DNA of 64,000 nucleotides from an uncultured Opitutia bacterium (GCA_903896015.1 CAITWF010000098.1:1-64000); one strand, 5' to 3'. Positions 46,660-56,312 are shown, numbered from the stretch's first letter. Notes: generated from the sequence alone by a model not told the origin. Made by a program: numbers and translations.

Positions 46660-47469
46660 ATGAGAGACAGCGAGTTCGAGTTCATCCGCAGCGTCGTTTA
46701 CGAGCGCAGCCGCATCAGCCTCGGTCCAGACAAGCGAGAGCTCGTCTCCGCGCGCGTCGGCAAGCGCCTCCGCGCGACCAACACCGCGTCACTCGGCGAC
46801 TACTGCGCGCTGCTCCAGGCGCCCGACGCCGACGAGGAACTCGGCCACCTCATCGACGCCATCTCGACCAACCACACATTTTTCTTCCGCGAGATCGCGC
46901 ACTTCAATTTTCTCCGCGACCGCGCCGTGCCAGAACTCGCGCGCGGCGGGCGCGAGCCATTCCGCGTCTGGAGTTCGGCGTGCTCGTCGGGCGAGGAGCC
47001 CTACTCCATCGCGATCTCGCTCGCTGAGACGCTCGGCACCGCGCCGTGGTCGATCGAGGCCACCGACATTTCCCGCCGCATCCTCGATAAGGCCGCCGGC
47101 GCAATCTACCGCGAAGAAACCGTGAAATCGATCGCTCCGGCGGTGCTGCGCGCGAACTTTCAGCGCGGTGTCGGTCCGCAGGACGGCAACTATCGCGTAA
47201 AGCCCGCCCTCCGCGAACGCGTCACGTTCCGCCACCTCAATCTCCTCGAGGGCGAACCGCCGTTCCGCGAACCGTTTCACGTAATCTTCTGCCGCAACGT
47301 CATGATCTATTTCGATCGGTCCACGCAGGAGGAACTCGTCACTCGCCTCACCCGCCGGCTCCTGCCCGGCGGCTATCTTTTTGTCGGCCACTCGGAAAGC
47401 CTCACACACATCAAGCACCCGCTCCAGACCGTCCAAGCGGCGATCTACCAGAAACCGCTCAAACCCTGA
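46660..47469 (+). CDS. cheR: CheR chemotaxis methyltransferase
   Basis: 269 aa; SAM-binding VWSSACSSGEEPYSIA, CRNVMIYFD. Confidence 0.92.
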   Translation: MRDSEFEFIRSVVYERSRISLGPDKRELVSARVGKRLRATNTASLGDYCALLQAPDADEELGHLIDAISTNHTFFFREIAHFNFLRDRAVPELARGGREPFRVWSSACSSGEEPYSIAISLAETLGTAPWSIEATDISRRILDKAAGAIYREETVKSIAPAVLRANFQRGVGPQDGNYRVKPALRERVTFRHLNLLEGEPPFREPFHVIFCRNVMIYFDRSTQEELVTRLTRRLLPGGYLFVGHSESLTHIKHPLQTVQAAIYQKPLKP

Positions 47470-47474
47470 TCGCC

Positions 47475-48548
47475 ATGTCCGCCCGCCCCATCCGCGTCCT
47501 CGTCGTCGACGATTCCGCCGTCGTCCGCAAACTCGTTACCGAGGCGCTGAACGCCGATCCGGAAATCGAAGTCGTGGGCACCGCGATCGATCCCTACGTC
47601 GCTCGGGACAAAATCAAGGAGCTGAAACCCAACGTCCTCACGCTCGATCTCGAGATGCCGCGGATGGACGGGCTCACGTTTTTGAAAATCCTCATGGCGC
47701 AGCATCCGCTGCCCGTGATCATCATGAGCTCGCTCACGCAGCGCGGCTCCGACTACGCGCTGGAGGCGCTGCGGCTCGGCGCGTTCGACGTGCTCGCGAA
47801 ACCCGGCGGCTCATACTCCTTTGGCGATCTCGGCCCGCAGCTCATTGCGAAGATCAAGGCCAGCGCCGGCGCGCGTCTGCGCAAGACCGCCGCGCCCGCT
47901 GCGCCGCTGCCTGTGCGCCGTCCGCCGGTTTCCGGGACGAATTCGCGCCACGTGATCCTACTCGGTGCGTCGACCGGCGGCACCGAAGCGCTCCGCGAAG
48001 TGCTCACCCACCTGCCCGCCGGCCTGCCCGGCATTGCGGTCGTGCAGCACATCCCGCCCGTGTTCTCGAAAAGTTTCGCCGATCGGCTCAACACGCTCTG
48101 TGCCTTCGAAGTGCGCGAGGCAGTCGATGGCGATCGACTCACGCCGGGCCTCGCCCTAATCGCCCCGGGAAATTTTCACATGATGCTCCAGTGGTCAGCG
48201 GATCACTACCGCGTGCGCGTGGCGGATGGCCCGCCCGTCTGGCACCAGCGCCCCGCGGTCGATCTGCTGTTCAAATCCGCTGCGGACTGTGGCGCTGCGC
48301 CGCACGCGCTCGCAGGGATTTTCACCGGCATGGGCCGCGACGGCGCCGACGGCCTGCTGCGCCTGCGGGAACGCGGCGCGACGACGTTCGCCCAAGACGA
48401 GGCCTCGTGCGTCGTTTACGGCATGCCGAAAGCCGCCTGGGAAAACGGCGCCGCGCAGCGTCAAGTGCCGCTGACGCAGGCTGCCGATTTCATCGTCCGC
48501 CACCACGAGGCGGCCCACCTACGCCCGACCGCCCTCACCGCCCCATGA
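47475..48548 (+). CDS. cheB: CheB methylesterase/deamidase with N-terminal receiver domain
   Basis: IRVLVVDDSAVVR...TLDLEMPRMDG receiver; GASTGGTEAL...HIPP...; catalytic ...GMGRDGA.GL. Confidence 0.93.
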   Translation: MSARPIRVLVVDDSAVVRKLVTEALNADPEIEVVGTAIDPYVARDKIKELKPNVLTLDLEMPRMDGLTFLKILMAQHPLPVIIMSSLTQRGSDYALEALRLGAFDVLAKPGGSYSFGDLGPQLIAKIKASAGARLRKTAAPAAPLPVRRPPVSGTNSRHVILLGASTGGTEALREVLTHLPAGLPGIAVVQHIPPVFSKSFADRLNTLCAFEVREAVDGDRLTPGLALIAPGNFHMMLQWSADHYRVRVADGPPVWHQRPAVDLLFKSAADCGAAPHALAGIFTGMGRDGADGLLRLRERGATTFAQDEASCVVYGMPKAAWENGAAQRQVPLTQAADFIVRHHEAAHLRPTALTAP

Positions 48549-49861
48549 TCGATCTCTCTGCCACCGTAAATCCGGGCGCCTCCGCAGGCGCCTCCACCTC
48601 GGCTGCGCCTGGCGCGCCGGAAATTCTCATCGTCGACGACGAGCCGGTCGTGCTCACCGCGCTCAAATACACGCTTGAGCGCGAGGGTTTCCACGTCGTC
48701 GGCTGCACCAGCCCGCTCAAGGCGCTCTCGATCGTCGCCGAGCGCGATTTCTCCGTGATCATTTCCGACCAGCGGATGCCGGAGATGATGGGCCTCGATT
48801 TTCTCGTCGAGTGCCGGCAACTCCGCCCACACTCCTCGCGCATCCTTGTCACCGCCGTGCTCGCGCTGCCGACGATTGTCGATGCGATCAACAAGGGTGA
48901 AATCTTCCGCTTCGTCGCCAAACCGTGGCTGCGCGAGGAACTGGTCGCAACCGTGCGCAACGCCGTCCAGCGGCACGACCTCGTCACGCACAACACCGCG
49001 CTGCAAAAGGAAACCACTACGCTCAACAAGCAGCTCCGCGAGGCCAACTCCTCGCTCGAATCGAAGGTCCGCGATCTCGAGGCCCAGCGCCAGCGACTCG
49101 ACACCGCCAACCGCGAACTCGCCGCGAGCTATGAAAACTCCCTCGAACTCTGCCGCCGCATCCTCACCACATACGATCCGATTCTAGGCGGGCAGGCGAA
49201 GGCGCTCGTGGAATTCGCGAACCAGATGGCCGCGACCGATCAGTTCACCGACACCGAGCGCCATGCGCTGCGGACGTCGGCCTGGCTCTGCGATCTCGGT
49301 CTGATCGGCATGCCGCGCGAGATGCTCCGTGCGTTTCGCGGCCGGACCGATCAGCTCACCGAGCGCGAGCGCGCGATGCTGCACAATCACCCTGTCTACG
49401 GGCAGACGCTCGCCGCCATGGTCGACAGCCGCGCCGATGTCGGCGAGACGATCCGCGCGCACCACGAACGCTTCGACGGCCGCGGCTATCCCGACGGTCT
49501 CGCGGGCGACAAGATTCCCTGGACCGCCCGCTGTCTCTCGGTCGCCGTCGGCTTCGTCGAATCGGGACTCACCAAGTCCGCCGCGGTCGACGCGTTGCTC
49601 GCGAAGTCCGGCACTGTTTACGATCCCGAAGCGGTGCGGCTGTTTTTAAAGGTGAGCAACCTCGTGCAACTGCCCAAGCAGGTGCGCGAAATCCTGCTCC
49701 ACGAACTCGAGGCCGGCATGGTGCTCGCCAACGGCATCTACAGCCCGCACGGCCTGCTGCTGATCGGCGAAGGCCAGCCGCTCAGCCCCGGCATGATCGC
49801 GAAAATCCGTAGTCACAACCAAGTGACACCGATCAGCCAGCGACTGCTCGTTTACATGTGA
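48545..49861 (+). CDS. Response regulator with HD-GYP domain (c-di-GMP phosphodiesterase, RpfG-like)
   Basis: Receiver (ILIVDDEP...DQRMPEMMG...K) followed by HD-GYP (HHERFDGRGYPDGL). ATG overlaps the cheB TGA. The N-terminal part of the 826-aa ORF-track entry is out of frame across cheR/cheB and was discarded. Confidence 0.88.
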   Translation: MIDLSATVNPGASAGASTSAAPGAPEILIVDDEPVVLTALKYTLEREGFHVVGCTSPLKALSIVAERDFSVIISDQRMPEMMGLDFLVECRQLRPHSSRILVTAVLALPTIVDAINKGEIFRFVAKPWLREELVATVRNAVQRHDLVTHNTALQKETTTLNKQLREANSSLESKVRDLEAQRQRLDTANRELAASYENSLELCRRILTTYDPILGGQAKALVEFANQMAATDQFTDTERHALRTSAWLCDLGLIGMPREMLRAFRGRTDQLTERERAMLHNHPVYGQTLAAMVDSRADVGETIRAHHERFDGRGYPDGLAGDKIPWTARCLSVAVGFVESGLTKSAAVDALLAKSGTVYDPEAVRLFLKVSNLVQLPKQVREILLHELEAGMVLANGIYSPHGLLLIGEGQPLSPGMIAKIRSHNQVTPISQRLLVYM

Positions 49862-50013
49862 AATTTCCCGCCGCGCACCGCGGGAAACACTCAAGATCGC
49901 CGTCACGCAGCCGTTGATCGGCACAGGACGCGATCGTCAGCCGCGCCCGCCGCATGACTTTTCCCAAACACTTTCCCCTCGGGCCCGTTCGGCACGCGCT
50001 CGGTGACTGATCC

Positions 50014-50535
50014 ATGGGCTCACCCACCCTATCCGCCCTTTTCGTCCAGCGCGTCGTCGTCGGCGTCGGCGATGTGAGCGCGTCGAACAACGCGATGCTC
50101 ACCCTGAGCACCTACGCACTCGGCTCGTGCGTGGCCGTGGCCGCCTACGATCCGGTGTCGAAGGCCGGCGGATTGCTGCACCTGATGCTGCCCGACTCAA
50201 CGATCTCGCCCGACAAGGCGATCACGCAGCCGGCGATGTTTGCCGACACGGGCCTGCCGCTGCTCTTCCGCTCGCTCACCGGCATCAAAGCGGAGCGCGC
50301 GCGGCTGCGGCTCTTCGTAGCCGGCGGCGCGAGCGTGCTGTGCGACAGCGGCGTTTTCAAAATCGGCGAGCGCAACGTGAAGGTCACGCTCGGCTGGCTG
50401 CAGCAAAACGGCTTCAACATCCGCGCCAGCGCCGTCGGCGGCACGATCAACCGCACCGTCCACCTCGAACTCAACACCGGCGGCATCGAACTCAAGACCC
50501 CCGCAGGCTCGGAGAAGATGTCGCTGGGCGGGTGA
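50014..50535 (+). CDS. cheD: CheD chemoreceptor glutamine deamidase
   Basis: 173 aa; LGSCVAVAAYDPVSKAGGLLHLMLP catalytic Cys region. Confidence 0.88.
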   Translation: MGSPTLSALFVQRVVVGVGDVSASNNAMLTLSTYALGSCVAVAAYDPVSKAGGLLHLMLPDSTISPDKAITQPAMFADTGLPLLFRSLTGIKAERARLRLFVAGGASVLCDSGVFKIGERNVKVTLGWLQQNGFNIRASAVGGTINRTVHLELNTGGIELKTPAGSEKMSLGG

Positions 50536-50643
50536 GCATCGCCGCGATCCGGCGCTGGGCAACGCCCCACCCCCATTGGGCGCACGTGCGTCCGACTGCG
50601 CTGGCGTTCCACGGCGGAATCACCTCACTTCGGAGTCCGCCCC

Positions 50644-52845
50644 ATGAAACGATTCCTTCCCGCGCTACTCGCATGTCTGCTGGCGGCGAGCGCCACAGCA
50701 ACCCCCGACACCCTCTCCTTTCAACAACAACTCCAGACCGATCTACGACGCGACGTCGAGCGCCTCCAACTTGCGACCGCGGCCGAGCGGGCGGCCAACA
50801 CTGCGCCGAAGGATTTCTATTTTCCCTACCTGCTCGCGGGCCTCATCCACCTTCACGAAAAAACCGGCGAGGCCATCCTCATCGACTGGGCGAAGGAAGA
50901 CCTGATGTGGATCGTTCGCTCCTCGATCGGCGCCGACGGCAAAGTGAAACCGTTCTTCACTGGCTTTCGGTTTTATCCCGCGTTCTGTGGCGCCTACAAT
51001 TACCTGAAGGCCCACAACGCGCTCCGGCCCGCCGAGGTCGCCCAAGTCGCCGCCCAGATCATCGCCAGCACCGACCTGAAGCTCGATCGCACCGACTTCG
51101 GCGCGCAAAATCGTGGGTTCATCTATGGCGCAGAATATTTGATCGCCGCGCAGGCCGTCCCCGATGCCCCGATGGTCGCGCGCTGGAAACAGAACGCCGA
51201 AGCCCTGACCTATGACAGCCTCCATGGCTGGTCCATCGAGGACGCGTCGATCTACGAGCCGTTCTGGTTCAATTTCGTTCTCCTCGTAGCCGAACTCCGG
51301 GACGACACCACCGAGCGCATGAAGTCGATCACCACGCGCTACTACTTCGATCACACGAAGGAATTGCTGCTCCCCAACGGCCTCATGCCGGACTGGGGTG
51401 ACGGCGACTGGACGCACAGTTGGATGTGGAACGTCGCCAACCTCGTTCGCGCCGGCAGCGTTTACCGTGACGGCACTTACCTCGAGGCCGCGCGCCGCCT
51501 CTACGACGCCAACCGCGCCTATTACAAAGATTTTCCCGCCGAGGCCATCGCCGGCGTCGGCCTCGCACTGCACTGGCTCGACGCCACCGTGCCCCTCGCC
51601 CCGCTCACACAGGACAAATCCGCCGAGGTCATCGACGATCTCATTTCCAAAAAAATCGTATTTCGCGGCGCGGCGGACAGCTACATGCTCTTCAACTACC
51701 GCGACGAGGGTCCCTACGGCCGCTTCACGCGCGACTACCAAAACGCTCAGCTCGACGCTCACGAGGAAAAGCCGCACCACGGCCACGCCGACGAAAACGC
51801 GTTCGGCCTCCTCATGCAGGATGGCACTGTGCTCCTCGCCGACGGCGGCTACCGGGCGACGTTCGCCCGGGGCTGGCGCGCCGATATTTTCCACAACCGC
51901 ATCGTCGCTCGCTCCGGTTATCCCTCGGACGGCGACGTGTGGCCCTATCTCGCGCAAGACGCGACCTATCACGAAGTGCAGACTGAGAAAATCCACTTCG
52001 GCACGTTCGGCAGTCTCGACTACTCCCGCACCCGGCTCGTCGACGAGGAGCGCGGCTACACCGGCGATCGCATCACGCTCTTCACGCCCGAGAGCGGACT
52101 TACGATCGTCGTCGACTCACTGCTGATCGATCACGCGGGCAACAAGGTTTTCTCCAACACCTGGCACCCCGACCAGATCCTCGCGCAAGGCGAAAACTAC
52201 GTCGTGTCGCACCCCGATCGGATTCCAATCCGCACCGAATCCTGGCCCAACCCGCACACACGCGATCTCGTGATCCAGTTTCTTGGCAACCGCGACAAGG
52301 TGGCCAACACGCGCGAAATCGATCGACGCTACAATCCCTCGCAGGTGTTCTACCAGTATCTCAAAAATTATTTCTTCAAGGGCCAGCGCCTCACCTTCGT
52401 GACCGTCCTCCGCCCGATCCCCACCGGCACTTTCGCCCCCGCGTTGCTGGACGACGTAAAGCTGATCACGGACGCGCACGACGACGGTCGCACGCTTGGC
52501 CTGCAATTCACGCTCGGCGACGAGCCGGTGACCGTCGGCCTCAAGCTCGACCAAACGATCGGGCTCACCAATCTCCGAGGCCGCCCAATGTTCGACGCCA
52601 CGACGGGAGCAGTCGAGTATGGTGCGCTGAAAACCGACGCCGATTTTGCCTTCGTGCGCGAGCGAAAGGACGGCACGCGCGAGTTCGCCTTTCAATACGC
52701 GACGGCGATCGCCTACGCCGGGACGACGCTCTTCCAGCAGCCAGTCTGGGACGGCATGTTTCAAGGCCCGGAAAAATTCTCTGTCCCAGATCGTCGCGAC
52801 AAAATGCCGCGGTGGCACGACGTGGTGCCGGCCGCGAAACGATAA
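50644..52845 (+). CDS. Exported heparinase II/III-like (alginate-lyase superfamily) polysaccharide-lyase-like protein, 733 aa
   Basis: Signal peptide MKRFLPALLACLLAASATA. Central HGHADENAFGL motif resembling the Hepar_II_III His-containing motif. Size and alpha-then-beta composition fit PL12/15/21-like enzymes. Family call is unverified. Confidence 0.5.
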   Translation: MKRFLPALLACLLAASATATPDTLSFQQQLQTDLRRDVERLQLATAAERAANTAPKDFYFPYLLAGLIHLHEKTGEAILIDWAKEDLMWIVRSSIGADGKVKPFFTGFRFYPAFCGAYNYLKAHNALRPAEVAQVAAQIIASTDLKLDRTDFGAQNRGFIYGAEYLIAAQAVPDAPMVARWKQNAEALTYDSLHGWSIEDASIYEPFWFNFVLLVAELRDDTTERMKSITTRYYFDHTKELLLPNGLMPDWGDGDWTHSWMWNVANLVRAGSVYRDGTYLEAARRLYDANRAYYKDFPAEAIAGVGLALHWLDATVPLAPLTQDKSAEVIDDLISKKIVFRGAADSYMLFNYRDEGPYGRFTRDYQNAQLDAHEEKPHHGHADENAFGLLMQDGTVLLADGGYRATFARGWRADIFHNRIVARSGYPSDGDVWPYLAQDATYHEVQTEKIHFGTFGSLDYSRTRLVDEERGYTGDRITLFTPESGLTIVVDSLLIDHAGNKVFSNTWHPDQILAQGENYVVSHPDRIPIRTESWPNPHTRDLVIQFLGNRDKVANTREIDRRYNPSQVFYQYLKNYFFKGQRLTFVTVLRPIPTGTFAPALLDDVKLITDAHDDGRTLGLQFTLGDEPVTVGLKLDQTIGLTNLRGRPMFDATTGAVEYGALKTDADFAFVRERKDGTREFAFQYATAIAYAGTTLFQQPVWDGMFQGPEKFSVPDRRDKMPRWHDVVPAAKR

Positions 52846-52883
52846 CCGAAATTCGACCGGTCTCTGGCCTCACCGGCGCTGAC

Positions 52884-53144
52884 TCAGTGCCGCTTCTTCG
52901 CCGACCAGTAGGTGAACGGCGGCTCGAAACACGTGGCCGGCAAATCCTCGAGGCGCTTGCGAAAGAACTCGTCGGCGTCCTGGACCCCGCGGTTGTAGGC
53001 GAGCGGTGCGATTTCCTTCAAGATGTAGTCGAGCAGGAGCTTTGCCCGGAGGTCGCCGATCGACTCCCCGCCTTCCTCCGCAAAATATTTTTTGAGCGAA
53101 TGAATCGATTGCTCGGTCTCCGGCGGCGTAAGTTCGATCGGCAT
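52884..53144 (-). CDS. DUF2164-family small protein (86 aa from MPIELT; a GTG start at 53258 would add a 38-aa low-complexity extension overlapping the HDOD stop)
   Basis: MPIELTPPETEQSIHSLKKYFAEE..ESIGDLRAKLLLDYILKEIAPLAYNRGVQDA follows my recollection of the DUF2164 consensus. Confidence 0.55.
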   Translation of the reverse strand: MPIELTPPETEQSIHSLKKYFAEEGGESIGDLRAKLLLDYILKEIAPLAYNRGVQDADEFFRKRLEDLPATCFEPPFTYWSAKKRH

Positions 53145-53254
53145 GGCGGAAAATTTTCTCCCGCCAGTTGAGTTGCAAACCGGCCGTGACGAAAGCGCAA
53201 AACACCGCGCGGGAGCACGCAGCACGGGTCGGACCGGCGCGAGGCCGGGCCCAT

Positions 53255-54133
53255 TCACATCGTCACCACACCGTGCGTGAGGCTGTCCTGCAGGCGGGCG
53301 CGGGCGCGTTCATGGACGACGGCCATTGATTCCTGCAGGAGCTCCGGCGTGAAGCCCCACTCGACGAGAAACACGGTGTTGAGTTCGAACAAAAATCCGT
53401 CTTCCGACACGCCCGGGCCAAATGACGTCGCGATGTATTTTGCGGCGTGCAGGTGCGCGAGCAGCGCCTGAGATTCGGGCGGCGCATCGGTCGGGCGCTC
53501 GCCGAATTCGGCGGCGGCGACCAGCATGTCAGGGAAGGACCACGCGCGCAGGAGCCGCGCGCCCACGGTGGAATGCGTGTAGCCGAGGATTTCCTGCTCG
53601 GCCTGGGTCCACGTGCCGCCGCGCGTCGCGCAGTGCGCGCGCAGCGCGGGGAAAAACGCCGCGCAGCCGTGCGCAATCGCGAGCTTGCCGAGATCGCAGA
53701 CGAGGCCGGCGGTGTAGGCGGTCTCTGGCGCGATGCGTTCGCTCGTTTCCGCGAGCACCTCCGCCGCAAGCGCTGTGCAGAGCGCGTGACGGCAAAAATC
53801 ACCCGGCTCACCGCGACCGCCCGTGCCGGTCTCCCAGCGATTCACCAGCGCGAGCGCGGCAAGCCGGTAGAGTTCACGCTGGCCGAGGCGGACGACCGCT
53901 TCGGCCACGCTTTCGGCCGCACCGCCGCCCGAGAAGAAAGCAGAGTTGGCGAGGCGCAACGTGGCACTCGCCAGCGATGAGTCGTGGAGAATGATGTTGG
54001 CGATGTCATCGGCCGTGCTGTCGGGCGCGATGAGCGTCGCGGTCAGTTTCGGCAGCATCGCCGGCGAACACGGCAGCCGCAGCGCCCGTTCACAGACTTC
54101 CTGGATGGTGGGCGGGCGGGCGGAGGGATTCAC
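53255..54133 (-). CDS. HDOD-domain signalling protein
   Basis: HDOD core DDIANIILHDSSLASATLRLANSAFF...; 292 aa; 20 nt downstream of cheA on the same strand. Confidence 0.7.
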   Translation of the reverse strand: MNPSARPPTIQEVCERALRLPCSPAMLPKLTATLIAPDSTADDIANIILHDSSLASATLRLANSAFFSGGGAAESVAEAVVRLGQRELYRLAALALVNRWETGTGGRGEPGDFCRHALCTALAAEVLAETSERIAPETAYTAGLVCDLGKLAIAHGCAAFFPALRAHCATRGGTWTQAEQEILGYTHSTVGARLLRAWSFPDMLVAAAEFGERPTDAPPESQALLAHLHAAKYIATSFGPGVSEDGFLFELNTVFLVEWGFTPELLQESMAVVHERARARLQDSLTHGVVTM

Positions 54134-54153
54134 GATGGGAGCGAGTTAAAGGT

Positions 54154-56283
54154 TCAGGCAGCCTGGAGCAAGGTCGTCGGATCGAGGATGAGCGCGATGT
54201 TGCCGTCGCCCAGAATTGCACCGCCGGACACACCGGGTAGATTCTGCATAAACGCCCCGAGATTCTTGATCACGACCTCCTGCTTGCTGACCATCTCATC
54301 GACCAGCAACGCGGAGACTTTGCCCGAGTGCTCGACGATGACGACCATGCCTTCCCACGGTTGCGCGGCATCGGCGGGGATGCCGAAGCGCCGGTGCAGG
54401 CGATGCAACGGCAGCAGCCGGCCGCGGAGATCGAGCACTTCGCCCTGACCGTGGATCGTGGAGATGTTTTCGCGCGACGGGCGCAACGCCATCTGCACCG
54501 AAGTGCTCGGCAAAATAAACCGATCCTCGCCCACGCGCACGACAAGACCGTCGATGATCGCCATCGTGAGCGGCAGCTTGATTTTGAAATTCGAGCCCTT
54601 GCCGACTTCCGATGAAATTTCGATTTTACCGCGCAGCTTCTCGATGTTGCGCTTCACAACGTCCATGCCGACGCCGCGGCCCGACACCGAGGTGACCTTT
54701 TCAGCCGTCGAAAAACCCGGCGCGAAAATCAACGCGAGGATCTCGTCGCGCGTCATCGACGCGTTCGCCGCGATCACGCCCTTCTCCACCGCCTTCTTGA
54801 AAATCCGATCCGGATCGATGCCACGGCCGTCGTCTTCGAGCTCGACGACGATGTTGCCGCCCTGATGGTAGGCCTTGAGATGCAGTGTGCCGGTGTCCGG
54901 CTTGCCCTTCGCGACGCGATCCGCGGGCAGTTCGAGGCCGTGATCGAGGGCATTGCGCACCATGTGCACGAGCGGATCGCCGATTTCCTCGACAACCGTA
55001 CGATCGAGTTCGGTGTCTTCGCCGCTCGTGGTGAAGTGAACCTTCTTTCCAAAGTCGCGGGCGAGATCGCGGGCGAGGCGCTCCATCTTTTGAAATGCAG
55101 ATTTGATCGGAATCATGCGCAGGCCCATCGCAGTGTGCTGGAGTTCCTTTGTAATGCGCGCGAGCTGGCCGACGTTGCGCTGGAGCGGCGAGCCCACGCC
55201 GCCGGCGGCGCGCGCCGTCTCAAGCAACTGGCTCTGCACGATCACGAGTTCCCCGACGACATCCATCAGCGAGTCGAGTTTCTCCGTGTTGACGCGCACG
55301 GTCTGGTTGGCGACGACGGACTTCGTCGCCGCAGCGGCCTCGATGGCGTTGGCGTTGTTGCGCGCCGGTGCGGCCTCGGTGGAAGGTGCCACGGAATCGG
55401 CAGCGGGTGCCTCTCCGGCAGGCGCGACTTGGGCCGACGGCGCGGGTGCGAAGCTGGCTGATTTAACAGCCACCTGCGGATTGGCCGCGAGCACCTTGAT
55501 TGCAGAGATCAAATGGCCGACGGGCACAATCTTGTCGGGCAACTGGCCTTTTTCGAGCGCGAGCGAAACCTGCTGCGTGAGCTCGGAAAGCGCGTCGCGG
55601 CTGCGGAGAATCTCGGTAATGATCGCGGCGTTGAGCGTGAGCTGGCGGTTGCGCGCGAGATCGAGGATCGACTCGACCTCGTGGGCGAGCGACTGCATCG
55701 GCACAAGGCCGAGGAAGCCGGCATTGCCTTTGAAGGTGTGAAAGGAGCGGAAGATCGCGGCGAGCGCATCGGGGTTGTCCGGCTGCTGATCGAGGACAAG
55801 CAGGGCCGCCTCAATTTGCTGCAAATGCTCTAACGCCTCGCCGTGAAACTCGCCGAGCAACTCGCGATTGTCCTCGAGATGGAGGTTGAGCATCTCGTCG
55901 GCCGGCGCCGCTTTTTCCTGCGCGGCCGGCGTTTCAACCGTTGCCGCGGGCGCAGTGCCTGACGCGCCGAACGCCGGCACGGGTTCACCGCATTTGGTTT
56001 TCTCCATCGCGATTGGCAGCCAAGCAGCGAGATCGCGCAGCGCGCCGAGCGTGGCGGCATCAAACGGTTTCGCTGTGTCGAGCAGCTTTTCGAGCGCGGC
56101 GTGTTGGGCCGCGATCGGCTCGCTCAACGCCGGCTCGCAGGCCGACTGGTCGCGGAGATCGCCGAGAAGGCTATAGGCGGGGACCAGTCCGTCGTCGCGC
56201 CCAGGCTGGGCGAGGATGGTTTCGCCGGCGAGGCGGTTGGCGTTTTCTTCGAGCGAGGAGAATTGGGCGGGAGAAATGGGCAT
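54154..56283 (-). CDS. cheA: CheA histidine kinase (709 aa from MPISPAQ) with a ~140-aa N-terminal extension before the Hpt domain
   Basis: Hpt (FRSFHTFKGNAGFLG), dimerisation and HATPase (DDGRGID; GSGVGMDVV) domains, C-terminal CheW-like domain. Start trimmed because the longer ORF would abut the divergent MCP gene. Confidence 0.9.
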   Translation of the reverse strand: MPISPAQFSSLEENANRLAGETILAQPGRDDGLVPAYSLLGDLRDQSACEPALSEPIAAQHAALEKLLDTAKPFDAATLGALRDLAAWLPIAMEKTKCGEPVPAFGASGTAPAATVETPAAQEKAAPADEMLNLHLEDNRELLGEFHGEALEHLQQIEAALLVLDQQPDNPDALAAIFRSFHTFKGNAGFLGLVPMQSLAHEVESILDLARNRQLTLNAAIITEILRSRDALSELTQQVSLALEKGQLPDKIVPVGHLISAIKVLAANPQVAVKSASFAPAPSAQVAPAGEAPAADSVAPSTEAAPARNNANAIEAAAATKSVVANQTVRVNTEKLDSLMDVVGELVIVQSQLLETARAAGGVGSPLQRNVGQLARITKELQHTAMGLRMIPIKSAFQKMERLARDLARDFGKKVHFTTSGEDTELDRTVVEEIGDPLVHMVRNALDHGLELPADRVAKGKPDTGTLHLKAYHQGGNIVVELEDDGRGIDPDRIFKKAVEKGVIAANASMTRDEILALIFAPGFSTAEKVTSVSGRGVGMDVVKRNIEKLRGKIEISSEVGKGSNFKIKLPLTMAIIDGLVVRVGEDRFILPSTSVQMALRPSRENISTIHGQGEVLDLRGRLLPLHRLHRRFGIPADAAQPWEGMVVIVEHSGKVSALLVDEMVSKQEVVIKNLGAFMQNLPGVSGGAILGDGNIALILDPTTLLQAA

Positions 56284-56312
56284 GGGTGGGCGGGTGTGAT
56301 GGCCCCTCGTGT

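Noticed and set aside
47381-49861. 826-aa plus-strand ORF spanning cheR-cheB-HD-GYP
   Set aside because: Its first ~390 codons are an alternative frame across cheR and cheB (Arg/Pro-rich nonsense). Only the portion from the ATG at 48545 is the real receiver-HD-GYP gene.
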